Positions 28,197 to 38,583 of a stretch of 40,000 nt of DNA are shown piece after piece; positions within the stretch are counted from its first letter, which is position 1, and each line of letters starts with the position of its first letter. The position numbers were made by a program, and so were the translations under genes. Source of the DNA: Microcoleaceae cyanobacterium (GTDB lineage Bacteria > Cyanobacteriota > Cyanobacteriia > Cyanobacteriales > Microcoleaceae); NCBI GenBank assembly GCA_051652765.1, contig JBOFUV010000008.1, positions 1-40,000 on the forward strand. Direction: 5' to 3'. The notes under the pieces were generated by a model, which worked only from the letters and a program-made list of their open reading frames with translations, was not told the DNA's origin and made no database searches.

Positions 28197-29780
28197 CTAA
28201 GCACCTAAGGTATAGAGAAATCCATCTCGGCTACAGATGATAATTTTTCCATCCCAGACCACTGGTGTCGATTCAAAGGAGATGCCCGGTTTGAAATGTC
28301 CGGCTTGTTCTACTTTGAGTTGATAGAATTCTCGTTGAGAATTTGGAATAGCCTTAGGGTTATTTGAATCTGACTTCTCCCAAAAAAGATTGAATAAATA
28401 GACCCCATTGTATCCTGCTGTTACAAGTTTATAGCCATCGGTAAAGATTGGTGTAGAAATAGAGGCTCCAATTTTTTGCTTAAACAAAACTACAGGAGTT
28501 TCATGGGTTCTAGTAAGTAACGGGCCTTTAACTTTTTCTCCCGTTGTTATCTCCTGAGACGCGATATATAAATTTCCATCAATCGCATTTGTGGCAAACA
28601 CGGCTGGATAATTCTCAACGTTATATTCATCATTTAAAGCCACTGAACCAATAATTCCCCCTTTCCAACTCCCCACTCTAGAATCACCCGTCGGTAAAAA
28701 CCATTCAACACTTTCTGCTGGAGACTGATCAGGATTGAGTTTGATCACCCCGCCTTTGCCCGGAATATATTCTTTTTCAATGGCACAAAATAATTTCCCA
28801 GACTTGGAAATTGCCACAGTTCCATCTAAATCTGATCCAGTATAAAAATCCCAAACAATTTCCTGACGAGTCAAATCAATTCCATAAATATGTCCTGAAC
28901 CTGAAGCCAGAAAAATCCGATTATCCAAACGTGAGGGAGAGGCTTCACTGACTAAATTTCCCCCATGACGACTTTGGTCGCGGGCTTCATAGAGTTTAAC
29001 TTCTCCTAATACTTCGGGTTGCAAAAATCCCGATCTTGAACTTGCAGCTTGAGTGGAACGATTGAGAAAATAGCCAATCCCATTTTCCCCCGCGTTAAAA
29101 ATTCTGCCATCCCCTAAATCCAAAGCAGTGCTGTCATTATCTTGGCTGTAAGATGCCATTTTCCGAATATTGAGCTTCCAAATTTCTTGCCCCGTTCTAA
29201 AGGAAATTGCCCGAAAACTCGGAGCCATTCCTTGTTTGGGTCGTCCTGTGCGGCTCCCTTGGAGAATGACAATTTGGTTTTCTGGGCTGGCTGTTTCGTC
29301 GATATAAACACTGGAGGAACCTTTGATCACATCTCCAAATTTATAACGCCAAATTTCCTCATTGGTTTCAAAGTCAATCTTTCTTAAGTGGTGATCGTAG
29401 GCTCCAACAACCAGATAGATTCTGCCTTGATCTCGGGTAATCGTCGGTTGTCCTGTCCAACCTGCCCCACTCCAGACTTTGCGAGTACTACCCACATAAG
29501 TCACTCCAGTTCCTAAGGGAAACTGTTGTAAAACATTCAATCCTTGGGGAATTCCTCTGCCGTAATATCGTCGCTGAGGATTGCCCAAATAGGTAGGAAC
29601 TAATAAATCAGTTCCAGTACTAATATAATCAACTAAATGATTAAAATATGTTTGTAGTTTTTCCTCAGGAACTTGAATGTTAAAAAGGCGCAGTAGGGTT
29701 GAAGGGAATAGAACACCTAAGGCAAATTGTAAAGAATGTTGATTAAACTGTCGTCGAGATAGCATCATTAAGCACCTCAT
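28197..29780 (-). CDS. Tat-signal beta-propeller protein (PQQ/BamB-like repeats)
   Basis: 527 aa. Twin-arginine motif 'LSRRQFNQHSLQFALGVLF'. Repeated Gly/Trp-containing beta-strand blades ('IWRYKFGD', 'EIWKLN', 'IVWDFYTG'). The start may be ATG 29768 (SD gaggtg). Confidence 0.6.
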   Translation of the reverse strand: MRCLMMLSRRQFNQHSLQFALGVLFPSTLLRLFNIQVPEEKLQTYFNHLVDYISTGTDLLVPTYLGNPQRRYYGRGIPQGLNVLQQFPLGTGVTYVGSTRKVWSGAGWTGQPTITRDQGRIYLVVGAYDHHLRKIDFETNEEIWRYKFGDVIKGSSSVYIDETASPENQIVILQGSRTGRPKQGMAPSFRAISFRTGQEIWKLNIRKMASYSQDNDSTALDLGDGRIFNAGENGIGYFLNRSTQAASSRSGFLQPEVLGEVKLYEARDQSRHGGNLVSEASPSRLDNRIFLASGSGHIYGIDLTRQEIVWDFYTGSDLDGTVAISKSGKLFCAIEKEYIPGKGGVIKLNPDQSPAESVEWFLPTGDSRVGSWKGGIIGSVALNDEYNVENYPAVFATNAIDGNLYIASQEITTGEKVKGPLLTRTHETPVVLFKQKIGASISTPIFTDGYKLVTAGYNGVYLFNLFWEKSDSNNPKAIPNSQREFYQLKVEQAGHFKPGISFESTPVVWDGKIIICSRDGFLYTLGA

Positions 29781-29968
29781 TTTATCCTAAGCAATCCTGA
29801 TTAAACCATGAATTCCAAGAAGTTCTTATGGTTAAAAAAGTTATATGCAATCTGATTTAAACCGTGAACGGGGAGTAGGCATCTTGCCCATGCAGGCTTT
29901 TAGCCTACACTACAGACATCTCATAAACTATTACTAATTACTACATAGGTTCACTGACCTGCATAGGA

Positions 29969-31114
29969 TCAAAAGTCTTCAGTTGCATCAGTGGCAGGAT
30001 TGTCTGTCTGGGGAGCAAGCCAATCCGCAAATTCCTCAGAAAAGCGATCGCCCAAAATCGCCGTTCGAATCCGCTGCGTAAACCGAATTAACTCAGTGAC
30101 GTTGTGAATACTCAGTAAGGTGTAACCCAACAGTTCCTGGGATCGAATCAAATGGCCCAAATAAGCCCGACTAAAGTGATGGCAGGTATAGCAAGGGCAA
30201 GTTTCATCTAGGGGGCGAAAATCCTCTCGAAATTGAGCATTCTTGAGGTTCCATCGCTTGCCTTGAATTAGGGCAGAGCCATGACGCGCCAGTCGAGTTG
30301 GAATCACACAGTCGAACAGGTCAATGCCAGCGGCGATCGCCTGGGCCATCTCCCGATGAGTGCCCACCCCCATCAAATAGCGAGGCTTAGACTCCGGCAA
30401 CCAGGGGGTAGTCACCTGAACAATTTTTTCAATCAGTTCGACGGGTTCTCCCACGCTGACCCCTCCAATGGCGTAGCCCGGTAAATCAAGCTGCGACAAT
30501 TGCTGGGCAGCGGCGGCCCGCAAATCAGGATAAACTCCCCCCTGCACAATTCCAAACAGGGCTTGATCCGAGCGTTGATGGGCCCCAACGCAGCGCTCTA
30601 GCCAGCGATAGGTTCGCTCCGTGGCGTTGAAGACGTGTTCTCGACTCGCTGGATAGGGAGGACATTCATCAAAGGCCATGATCACATCTGCCCCAAGCTG
30701 GTTCTGAATTTGAATCGATCGTTCCGGGGTGAGGTGAATCATCTGACCGTCATGGGGCGAGCGAAACGTAACTCCTTCCTCGTTAATCGTCCGCATTTCA
30801 CTCAAGCTAAAAACCTGAAACCCACCCGAATCTGTGAGAATTGGCCCTGGCCAAGCCATGAAGCGGTGCAATCCTCCAGCGGCAGCGACAATTTTCTCTC
30901 CGGGCTGCAGATGCAGATGATAAGTGTTTGCTAGCACCATCTGGGCTCCTGCCGCCTCAAGCTGGGCTGGGGTGAGGGTCTTGACAGTTGCCAAAGTTCC
31001 TACAGGCATAAATCGCGGCGTTTCAACTATCCCATGGGGGGTTGAGAACACACCCACACGCGCTTGGGTTTGGCTACAGCGAGCCTGAACTTTGAACTCA
31101 AAATGATTCGGCAT
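29969..31114 (-). CDS. tgt: tRNA-guanosine(34) transglycosylase (queuine tRNA-ribosyltransferase)
   Basis: 'TPRFMPVGT', '[11 protein letters not shown]', 'GLAIGG-like [10 protein letters not shown]', and the zinc site 'CPCYTC...H'. ATG at 31114; the track start at 31117 is TTG. Confidence 0.95.
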   Translation of the reverse strand: MPNHFEFKVQARCSQTQARVGVFSTPHGIVETPRFMPVGTLATVKTLTPAQLEAAGAQMVLANTYHLHLQPGEKIVAAAGGLHRFMAWPGPILTDSGGFQVFSLSEMRTINEEGVTFRSPHDGQMIHLTPERSIQIQNQLGADVIMAFDECPPYPASREHVFNATERTYRWLERCVGAHQRSDQALFGIVQGGVYPDLRAAAAQQLSQLDLPGYAIGGVSVGEPVELIEKIVQVTTPWLPESKPRYLMGVGTHREMAQAIAAGIDLFDCVIPTRLARHGSALIQGKRWNLKNAQFREDFRPLDETCPCYTCHHFSRAYLGHLIRSQELLGYTLLSIHNVTELIRFTQRIRTAILGDRFSEEFADWLAPQTDNPATDATEDF

Positions 31115-31159
31115 CAAAGGTTTGACATCAAGCTAGCAATTCGGGATGGGCAGGAAAAC

Positions 31160-31795
31160 TTAGAATGAGCAGTCATCCTCAGGCTGAGTCTCCCAATTGC
31201 CAGATAAAACCTGATCCATTACCGCATCCAGCGCTGCTGCGTTAAAGTTGCGAACCACTTGATCTTGACCTTGATCTTGAAGCGGATGAGACTGAGGAAT
31301 CAATCTGAGCACCCGACTATCTTGAATCAGATCAAAATAGGTCTCTCGGTCAGGGGACTGCTTTAACTCTAAATAATCAAAGCTACAAACATTCAAGTAA
31401 AGAGAGTGATTGGCAACTAAGGTTGCTTGATATTGGTCAGAAAATACCTCAAGGATGTAGCCATTTCCCTCCGCTTGCACTTGTCCATCTTGAATATGCG
31501 AGTAGCAAACACGACCCAAATCGGCCAGCAGTTTTTGCATATCCCGCTTATTCACCACAATACCTGAATCAACAATGCAAGGGGCAGATGCCCTAAAATT
31601 TACCTGATCATAACTCATGGGATCAAAGCCTCTGGTGTAATTAAAGCTCCACCTAGAACTCCCACCCAACTTAGTGAAATACTTGTGAGAATTCATACTC
31701 GTTGGAACCCCTTCACCCCTAGTGTATACGAATTCAACCCGAAAGTTATTGATTTCACTGGGACAAAATTCTCTGTTCCATCGCGTCAAGATCAA
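31160..31795 (-). CDS. Hypothetical protein (start uncertain)
   Basis: 211-aa ORF starting at TTG. Internal ATG candidates are at codon 34 (MNSHKYF) and codon 61 (MSYDQVNF). No motif recognised. It is co-directional with tgt and pgk, and its codon usage looks like its neighbours. Confidence 0.5.
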   Translation of the reverse strand: MILTRWNREFCPSEINNFRVEFVYTRGEGVPTSMNSHKYFTKLGGSSRWSFNYTRGFDPMSYDQVNFRASAPCIVDSGIVVNKRDMQKLLADLGRVCYSHIQDGQVQAEGNGYILEVFSDQYQATLVANHSLYLNVCSFDYLELKQSPDRETYFDLIQDSRVLRLIPQSHPLQDQGQDQVVRNFNAAALDAVMDQVLSGNWETQPEDDCSF

Positions 31796-32040
31796 GCAAG
31801 ATCCGTTAGTTTAAGTAAACTTTAGTACTACAAAACTCTCAGTGAATTCGTTCAAGTTAAAAGCTTAGATATCATCCCAAAAGGATTAGAGCATTTTCTT
31901 TTAAAAGAAGAAGGACAGGAATTAGAGAAAAAATTGATACACGGCAAACACGATATGTCATTCTTTAAACTCCTCCTGTAACAAACAAGAGGAGTTGAAT
32001 TGTAAGCCAGTATTACTTAGGCTTCTAGCTAGGCTTCTAG

Positions 32041-33243
32041 TTAGGCTTCATCTAGGGCTGCGATTCCAGGAAGTTCTTTGCCTTCTAGTAATTCTAGACT
32101 TGCGCCACCCCCTGTAGAAATATGGCTCATTTGTTCGCCTAGGCCGAGTTGTTCGACCGCAGCAACAGAATCTCCACCCCCAATGATGGTAACTGTCCCT
32201 GTTCCCGTCAGTTCTGCTAGGGTTCGGGCGATCGCCTCTGTGCCTTTAGCAAATTTTTCCATCTCAAATACACCCATAGGGCCGTTCCAGATTACGGTTT
32301 TGCAATCCGCTAGGGCCTCTTGAAAAACCTTCACAGAGTCAGGGCCAATATCTAGACCCATCCAACCGTCGGGAATCGCTTCAACGCTAACGGTTTGAGC
32401 ATTGGCATCGGGGGCAAAATTATCCGCCACGATCACATCTGTCGGGAGCAACATGGCAACCCCTTTTTCCTTGGCTTTTGCTTCCAGGGATCGGGCCAGT
32501 TCGATTTTGTCATCTTCCACTAGGGATTTGCCAACGTTCAGACCCCGAGCCTTGTAGAACGTGAAGATCATGCCGCCGCCCAGCAGCAGTTTGTCACACT
32601 TGTCCAACAACGCCTCGATCACCCCAATCTTGGAGGATACCTTGGAGCCTCCGATAATGGCAGCTAGAGGACGTTTGGGTTCATCAATTGCCCCTTGTAG
32701 AAATTGCAGCTCCTTCTCAATCAAGTACCCTGCGACAGAGGGACGGAGGTATTGAGTAACCCCTTCAGTAGACGCATGGGCCCGGTGAGCAGTTCCAAAG
32801 GCATCATTCACGTACAGGTCAGCCACGGAGGCAAGCTGTTGGGTGAATTCAGGATCATTCTCTTCCTCGCCCTCATAAAAGCGGACGTTTTCGAGTAAAA
32901 CAACGTCTCCGTTACTCATAGCCGCGACCGTTGCAGCAACGTCTGCGCCAATACAATCGTCACATTTTGTAACGGTTTTACCCAATAGTTCTGACAATCG
33001 CACAGCGACCGGAGTCAACCGCATGGATTCATTCACCTGGCCTTTGGGACGGCCAAAGTGGCTGGTGAGGATGACTTTTGCGCCTTTTGAGGTCAAGTCG
33101 TTAATCGTAGGCAGGGCGGCGCGAATCCGGGTATCATCTGTAATAGTGCCATTATCAATGGGTACGTTGAAGTCCGCCCGTACCAGTACCTTTTTGCCGG
33201 ATAGATCTGCTGCTGATAAGTTTGCTATCGTTTTCTTTGCCAC
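32041..33243 (-). CDS. pgk: Phosphoglycerate kinase
   Basis: '[12 protein letters not shown]', 'SHFGRPKG', 'GGGDSVAA', '[14 protein letters not shown]'. GTG 33243 lies 8 nt after ggagg and gives 400 aa. The track start GTG 33258 would place the SD inside the ORF. Confidence 0.95.
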   Translation of the reverse strand: MAKKTIANLSAADLSGKKVLVRADFNVPIDNGTITDDTRIRAALPTINDLTSKGAKVILTSHFGRPKGQVNESMRLTPVAVRLSELLGKTVTKCDDCIGADVAATVAAMSNGDVVLLENVRFYEGEEENDPEFTQQLASVADLYVNDAFGTAHRAHASTEGVTQYLRPSVAGYLIEKELQFLQGAIDEPKRPLAAIIGGSKVSSKIGVIEALLDKCDKLLLGGGMIFTFYKARGLNVGKSLVEDDKIELARSLEAKAKEKGVAMLLPTDVIVADNFAPDANAQTVSVEAIPDGWMGLDIGPDSVKVFQEALADCKTVIWNGPMGVFEMEKFAKGTEAIARTLAELTGTGTVTIIGGGDSVAAVEQLGLGEQMSHISTGGGASLELLEGKELPGIAALDEA

Positions 33244-33385
33244 TGGACTAACCTCCACTATGATTCTTATGGTTTAACGCTGACTAAATTTGGGCGGAAC
33301 TAGTGACTGAAGAGATGGCGTTGATCCCATCAATACCGTTCACCGTAAACATTTTACCGGAGTCTGTGTCCCGGAGACGTGCACT

Positions 33386-33802
33386 ATGTTCAAGACAATT
33401 TTGTTCCCTGTTGATCAAAGTCGTGAAGCCCGTGAGGCAGCGGATGTTGCCCTGAACCTGGTGAAAACCTATCAGGCGAGTTTAGTGATCTTGGCTGTAA
33501 TAGAGCCAAGTGAAATCGAAGCTGGCCAAGAGCCCCATTCTGAACCCATGACATCCCCAGAAACGGTTGGTCAATTGTTGCAGGAGGCTCAGTCCATGTT
33601 TACTGAAGCTGGCGTTCAAGCAAAACTGATGGAACGGGAAGGCAAGCCTGCGTTTACAATCTGTGATGTTGCCGATGAAATTGAAGCAGATTTGATTGTG
33701 ATTGGGAGTCGTGGAACAGGGCTAACGGAGGAGGGGGCTGCTGATAGTGTGACCAACCGCATTATTAATTTATCGCCTTGTCCAGTTCTAGTAGTGCCTT
33801 GA
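33386..33802 (+). CDS. Universal stress protein (UspA family)
   Basis: 138 aa. 'KTILFPVDQS' and C-terminal 'DLIVIGSRGTGLTEEGAADSVTNRIINLSPCPVLVV'. Confidence 0.85.
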   Translation: MFKTILFPVDQSREAREAADVALNLVKTYQASLVILAVIEPSEIEAGQEPHSEPMTSPETVGQLLQEAQSMFTEAGVQAKLMEREGKPAFTICDVADEIEADLIVIGSRGTGLTEEGAADSVTNRIINLSPCPVLVVP

Positions 33803-33898
33803 GGGTCGGCTTGTTGTTGATGATGAGTCATTGATGATGAGTCATGAGTGACTGTAGCAATCCTAAATCAATTACAAAACAATTAAAGCGGAGTTTGG

Positions 33899-33928
33899 GG
33901 ACGTTGCCTCTTCTTGGGGGCAACGTCC
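33899..33928 (+). terminator. 10-bp GC-rich perfect hairpin downstream of usp
   Basis: ggacgttgcc (33899-33908) pairs with ggcaacgtcc (33919-33928). 10-nt loop. No clear U-tract. Confidence 0.4.
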
Positions 33929-34063
33929 TCACTCTGTTCATAGGTCATTCGAGATTGTGATAGTCATTGATGATGAGCCATTCGTTATGATTGGGTGAGT
34001 TAGGGGTCGGGAATTAGGAATATTCCCTATTTCCTAGCTCCTATTCTGCATTTGTCATTTCTT

Positions 34064-34900
34064 ATGAGTATTCAATGGTATCCCGGTCATATTGCCAAAG
34101 CCGAACGGGATTTGAAAGAACAACTCAAGCGCGTAGATGTCATCCTGGAAGTTCGGGATGCCCGAATTCCGCTGGCGACTTATCATCCTCAAGTGCCGAA
34201 CTGGGTTGGAGACAAGGCCAAGGTCTTAGTGATTAATCGCATGGATATGATTCCGGCGGACATCAAGCAACGGTGGCAAGACTGGTTTGGAATTCGTGGA
34301 GAAACGCCATACTTTACCAATGCCCAACAGGGTCAAGGGGTTGAGGCGGTTTCTCAAGCGACACAACAGGCGGGTGAACAGATGAACCAAAGGCGGCGGA
34401 GCCGGGGAATGATGCCCCGTGCTGTGCGGGCTGTTGTCATTGGCTTTCCCAACGTGGGTAAATCTGCTTTGATCAATCGATTGCTCAAACGGCGGGTCGT
34501 TGACAGTGCTAGACGGGCAGGGATCACCCGTTCCCTGCGCTGGGTGAGAATCTCTAAAACCTTGGAGCTGTTAGACGCGCCAGGGGTCATTCCCTCCCAA
34601 ATGGCAGATCAAGAGAATGCACTCAAACTAGCAATTTGTGAAGATATTGGAGAAGCGGCCTATGAAAATCAAAGGGTTGCTGTTGAAATGGTGGAACTAT
34701 TTAAGCAACTCAGTCTAGAGCAAAAATTGGGCGATCGCTATCACGTTGATTCAAGTTCAATGACCGCAGAATCCTATCTTCATCACTTGGCCCAAGAACG
34801 GTATCAAGATGACATTGAACGAGCCGCCAGACAATTGCTCAATGATTTTCGGAAGGGATTGTTGGGAGCCGTTGCTCTAGAACTTCCTCCTGGAAATTAA
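34064..34900 (+). CDS. ylqF: Ribosome biogenesis GTPase YlqF/RbgA
   Basis: Circularly permuted GTPase order: 'NRMD' (G4) comes before 'GFPNVGKSALINRL' (G1) and 'LLDAPG' (G3). Begins 'MSIQWYPGHIAKA' at ATG 34064. Confidence 0.9.
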   Translation: MSIQWYPGHIAKAERDLKEQLKRVDVILEVRDARIPLATYHPQVPNWVGDKAKVLVINRMDMIPADIKQRWQDWFGIRGETPYFTNAQQGQGVEAVSQATQQAGEQMNQRRRSRGMMPRAVRAVVIGFPNVGKSALINRLLKRRVVDSARRAGITRSLRWVRISKTLELLDAPGVIPSQMADQENALKLAICEDIGEAAYENQRVAVEMVELFKQLSLEQKLGDRYHVDSSSMTAESYLHHLAQERYQDDIERAARQLLNDFRKGLLGAVALELPPGN

Positions 34901-35176
34901 GAGTTTTAATAGATCAAGAATGAGAATTATGGAGCGCTCCCTTAAATTCCCCATGCCGCACTTCCAGAGATTCTCCGGTGAGAAAGAATTGTTCTAAGGC
35001 GATCGCTACTCACAGTTGCTGAATTCTGACCGATATTTCGCCGTTCCAACACATCAAGAAATACAAAAACTTGATAATAGTTGTTCCAACAAAGCCTGAT
35101 TTCTTAGTTTTAGAAATCTAAGCCCTCCCCGTTAAGAATCTTAGAGATCTCAACTGGCAATCTTGACCTGAATGCA

Positions 35177-36094
35177 ATGACAAATTCTGCCGTGTTGGAA
35201 AACTTTCGAGGTGAATTTGCTGCCCTAACGGCTGCATTTCTCTGGTCAATTGCTTCAGTGGTTTACAGTCAGCTCGGCCAAAAGATTCCGCCGATTGGCC
35301 TGAATCTAGTCAAAGGCGTGATCGCTCTTGGGTTCTTGGGACTCACCCTCCTCATCCAGGGAAAAAACTTCCCAACCGTTGGGGGTATAGCAGTCAATTT
35401 ACTTTTACTCAGTGGACTAATCGGCATTGGGATTGGCGACAGTGCTTATTTTGCTACGTTGAATTGTTTGGGGCCGCGACGGGCTTTGTTGATGGAAACC
35501 TTGGCCCCGCCGTTAACGGCAATTCTTGCCTTCATTTTTTTGCAAGAACGATTGTCCCTGATGGGATGGGGCGGCATTTTATTAACGGTGTTGGGGGTCG
35601 CTTGGGTGGTAACAGAACGGGTCACGATCGGTACCGTACCCAGCGCCAATCAATTTCAAGGATTGGGTTATGGGTTGATTGCCGAATTTTGTCAGGCCAT
35701 AGGGGCTATCCTCTCTCACTATGCCTTGACTCAAACAGCGATTAGTCCGCTGTGGAGTACGTTTCTGAGATTATCTGGAGGCGTTGTTGTTCTATTCTTG
35801 TGGTTACTGGCTCGTCCGACCAACCTACAACGATTACTGCCTCCGCTCCTTTCCTGGCGAGTCGTTGGGATTATTTCTCTGGCTACCTTTTTGGGCACCT
35901 ATCTGGGAATCTGGCTGCAACAAACTGCATTTAAATTCACGGCAGCGGGCATTGCCCAAGCCCTATGTTCAACGAGTCCGCTATTTGTATTGCCTATTGC
36001 CGTCTGGATGGGCGATCACGTCAGTTCAAGGGCAATCCTAGGGGCTTTAGTCGCAGTTGTCGGAGTGATTCTCCTATTTCAAGGAGCAAACTGA
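35177..36094 (+). CDS. DMT superfamily (EamA-like) transporter
   Basis: 305 aa with about 10 hydrophobic helices arranged as two 5-TM halves. No soluble domains. Confidence 0.75.
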   Translation: MTNSAVLENFRGEFAALTAAFLWSIASVVYSQLGQKIPPIGLNLVKGVIALGFLGLTLLIQGKNFPTVGGIAVNLLLLSGLIGIGIGDSAYFATLNCLGPRRALLMETLAPPLTAILAFIFLQERLSLMGWGGILLTVLGVAWVVTERVTIGTVPSANQFQGLGYGLIAEFCQAIGAILSHYALTQTAISPLWSTFLRLSGGVVVLFLWLLARPTNLQRLLPPLLSWRVVGIISLATFLGTYLGIWLQQTAFKFTAAGIAQALCSTSPLFVLPIAVWMGDHVSSRAILGALVAVVGVILLFQGAN

Positions 36095-36098
36095 GTGA

Positions 36099-37652
<1,554 letters not shown>

Positions 37653-37698
37653 GACTCAGCACCTGCGGGGTTGGAAGTTTGAACAGAACGTCCAACTC

Positions 37699-37754
37699 CA
37701 AAGTTCAACCTTCAAAGTTCAACCTTCAAAGGTCAACCTCCAAGGTTCCAAACG
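37699..37754. repeat. 14-bp tandem repeat (caaagttcaacctt) x2 perfect plus 2 degenerate copies, in the atpD-atpC spacer
   Basis: Units at 37699, 37713, 37727 and 37741. An upstream inverted partial copy lies at 37671-37684. Confidence 0.9.
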
Positions 37755-37799
37755 TCGTGACTGCGACTGTTTAACTTTTGTATTGATAACCTTCAACCT

Positions 37800-38207
37800 A
37801 TGGCACTAACCGTTCGAGTCATTTCCCCTAACAAAACCGTTTGGGATGGCCAAGCAGATGAAGTCATTCTTCCCAGCACAACAGGGCAACTGGGAATCTT
37901 AGCCGGTCACGCGCCAATGTTAACTGCCCTTGATACCGGCGTAATGCGGTTACGAACTAAGAATGAGTGGGTTCCAATCGTATTGCTCGGTGGGTTTGCA
38001 GAAATTGAAGAAGATGAAGTTACGGTTTTGGTAAACGGAGCAGAGCCCGGTAGTAATATCGATTTGGAAACAGCTCGTACTGCTTATACCAATGCCCAAG
38101 CTGCCTTAACAAAATCCGAGACCGGAACTCAGCAGGAAAAAATCAAAGCTAAAAATTCAGTTAAGCGAGCTAGGGCTAGGTTTCAAGCTGCAGGTGGCTT
38201 AGTTTAG
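37800..38207 (+). CDS. atpC: F0F1 ATP synthase subunit epsilon
   Basis: 135 aa. '[42 protein letters not shown]'. Confidence 0.95.
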   Translation: MALTVRVISPNKTVWDGQADEVILPSTTGQLGILAGHAPMLTALDTGVMRLRTKNEWVPIVLLGGFAEIEEDEVTVLVNGAEPGSNIDLETARTAYTNAQAALTKSETGTQQEKIKAKNSVKRARARFQAAGGLV

Positions 38208-38365
38208 ATCTAGTTAGTTTAGATCTAGTCACTGTTTGTTACCATGATTTTTAATGGAGACTTTCTGTAGAAGGTTTCTATGGCACTCTCAAATCATTCA
38301 TGAGGTGGGATTTGGGCATGTTTTCCCTGCTTTGGGACAAATTTCCCAAACCCGCTTTGATTTTT

Positions 38366-38459
38366 TAACTTATTTTCTTAATTTATTTTTCTTAACTTAT
38401 TTTTTGTAATTTATGTTTGTAACGTATTGCTGTAATTGATATTCGTAACTTATTTAAAA
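38366..38459. repeat. AT-rich periodic array: seven TAA(C/T)-initiated 13-14-bp half-units, equal to about 3.5 copies of a 27-bp unit
   Basis: TAAC/TAAT starts alternate at 38366, 38379, 38393, 38407, 38420, 38433 and 38446. Confidence 0.85.
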
Positions 38460-38583
38460 TTGCCCTATCATTTTGGCGGTTGGTGATTGGTTAGTATGCT
38501 CCACAACTGACAACTTTCCCAGATCACGGCGGAGAATATAGGGCTTAGCCGCTGCACTGCAAGGGGAAGTAATCCCCCTGAAT

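Noticed and set aside
29860-29900. 'acggggagtaggc' resembles the ACGGAAGUAGG core of the glutamine (glnA) riboswitch.
   Set aside because: It is only a partial match with an extra base. The flanking CGUUCA/AAGGAACG elements are not in the right arrangement, and on the plus strand no gene follows it.
38366-38459. Possible CRISPR array or HLR1 (RpaB-type) sites, given the regular repeats and the minus-strand (G/A)TTACA motifs.
   Set aside because: The units are contiguous 13-14-bp AT-rich repeats without unique spacers, so this is not CRISPR. HLR1 direct repeats are spaced about 10 bp apart, and here the phase is 13-14 bp.
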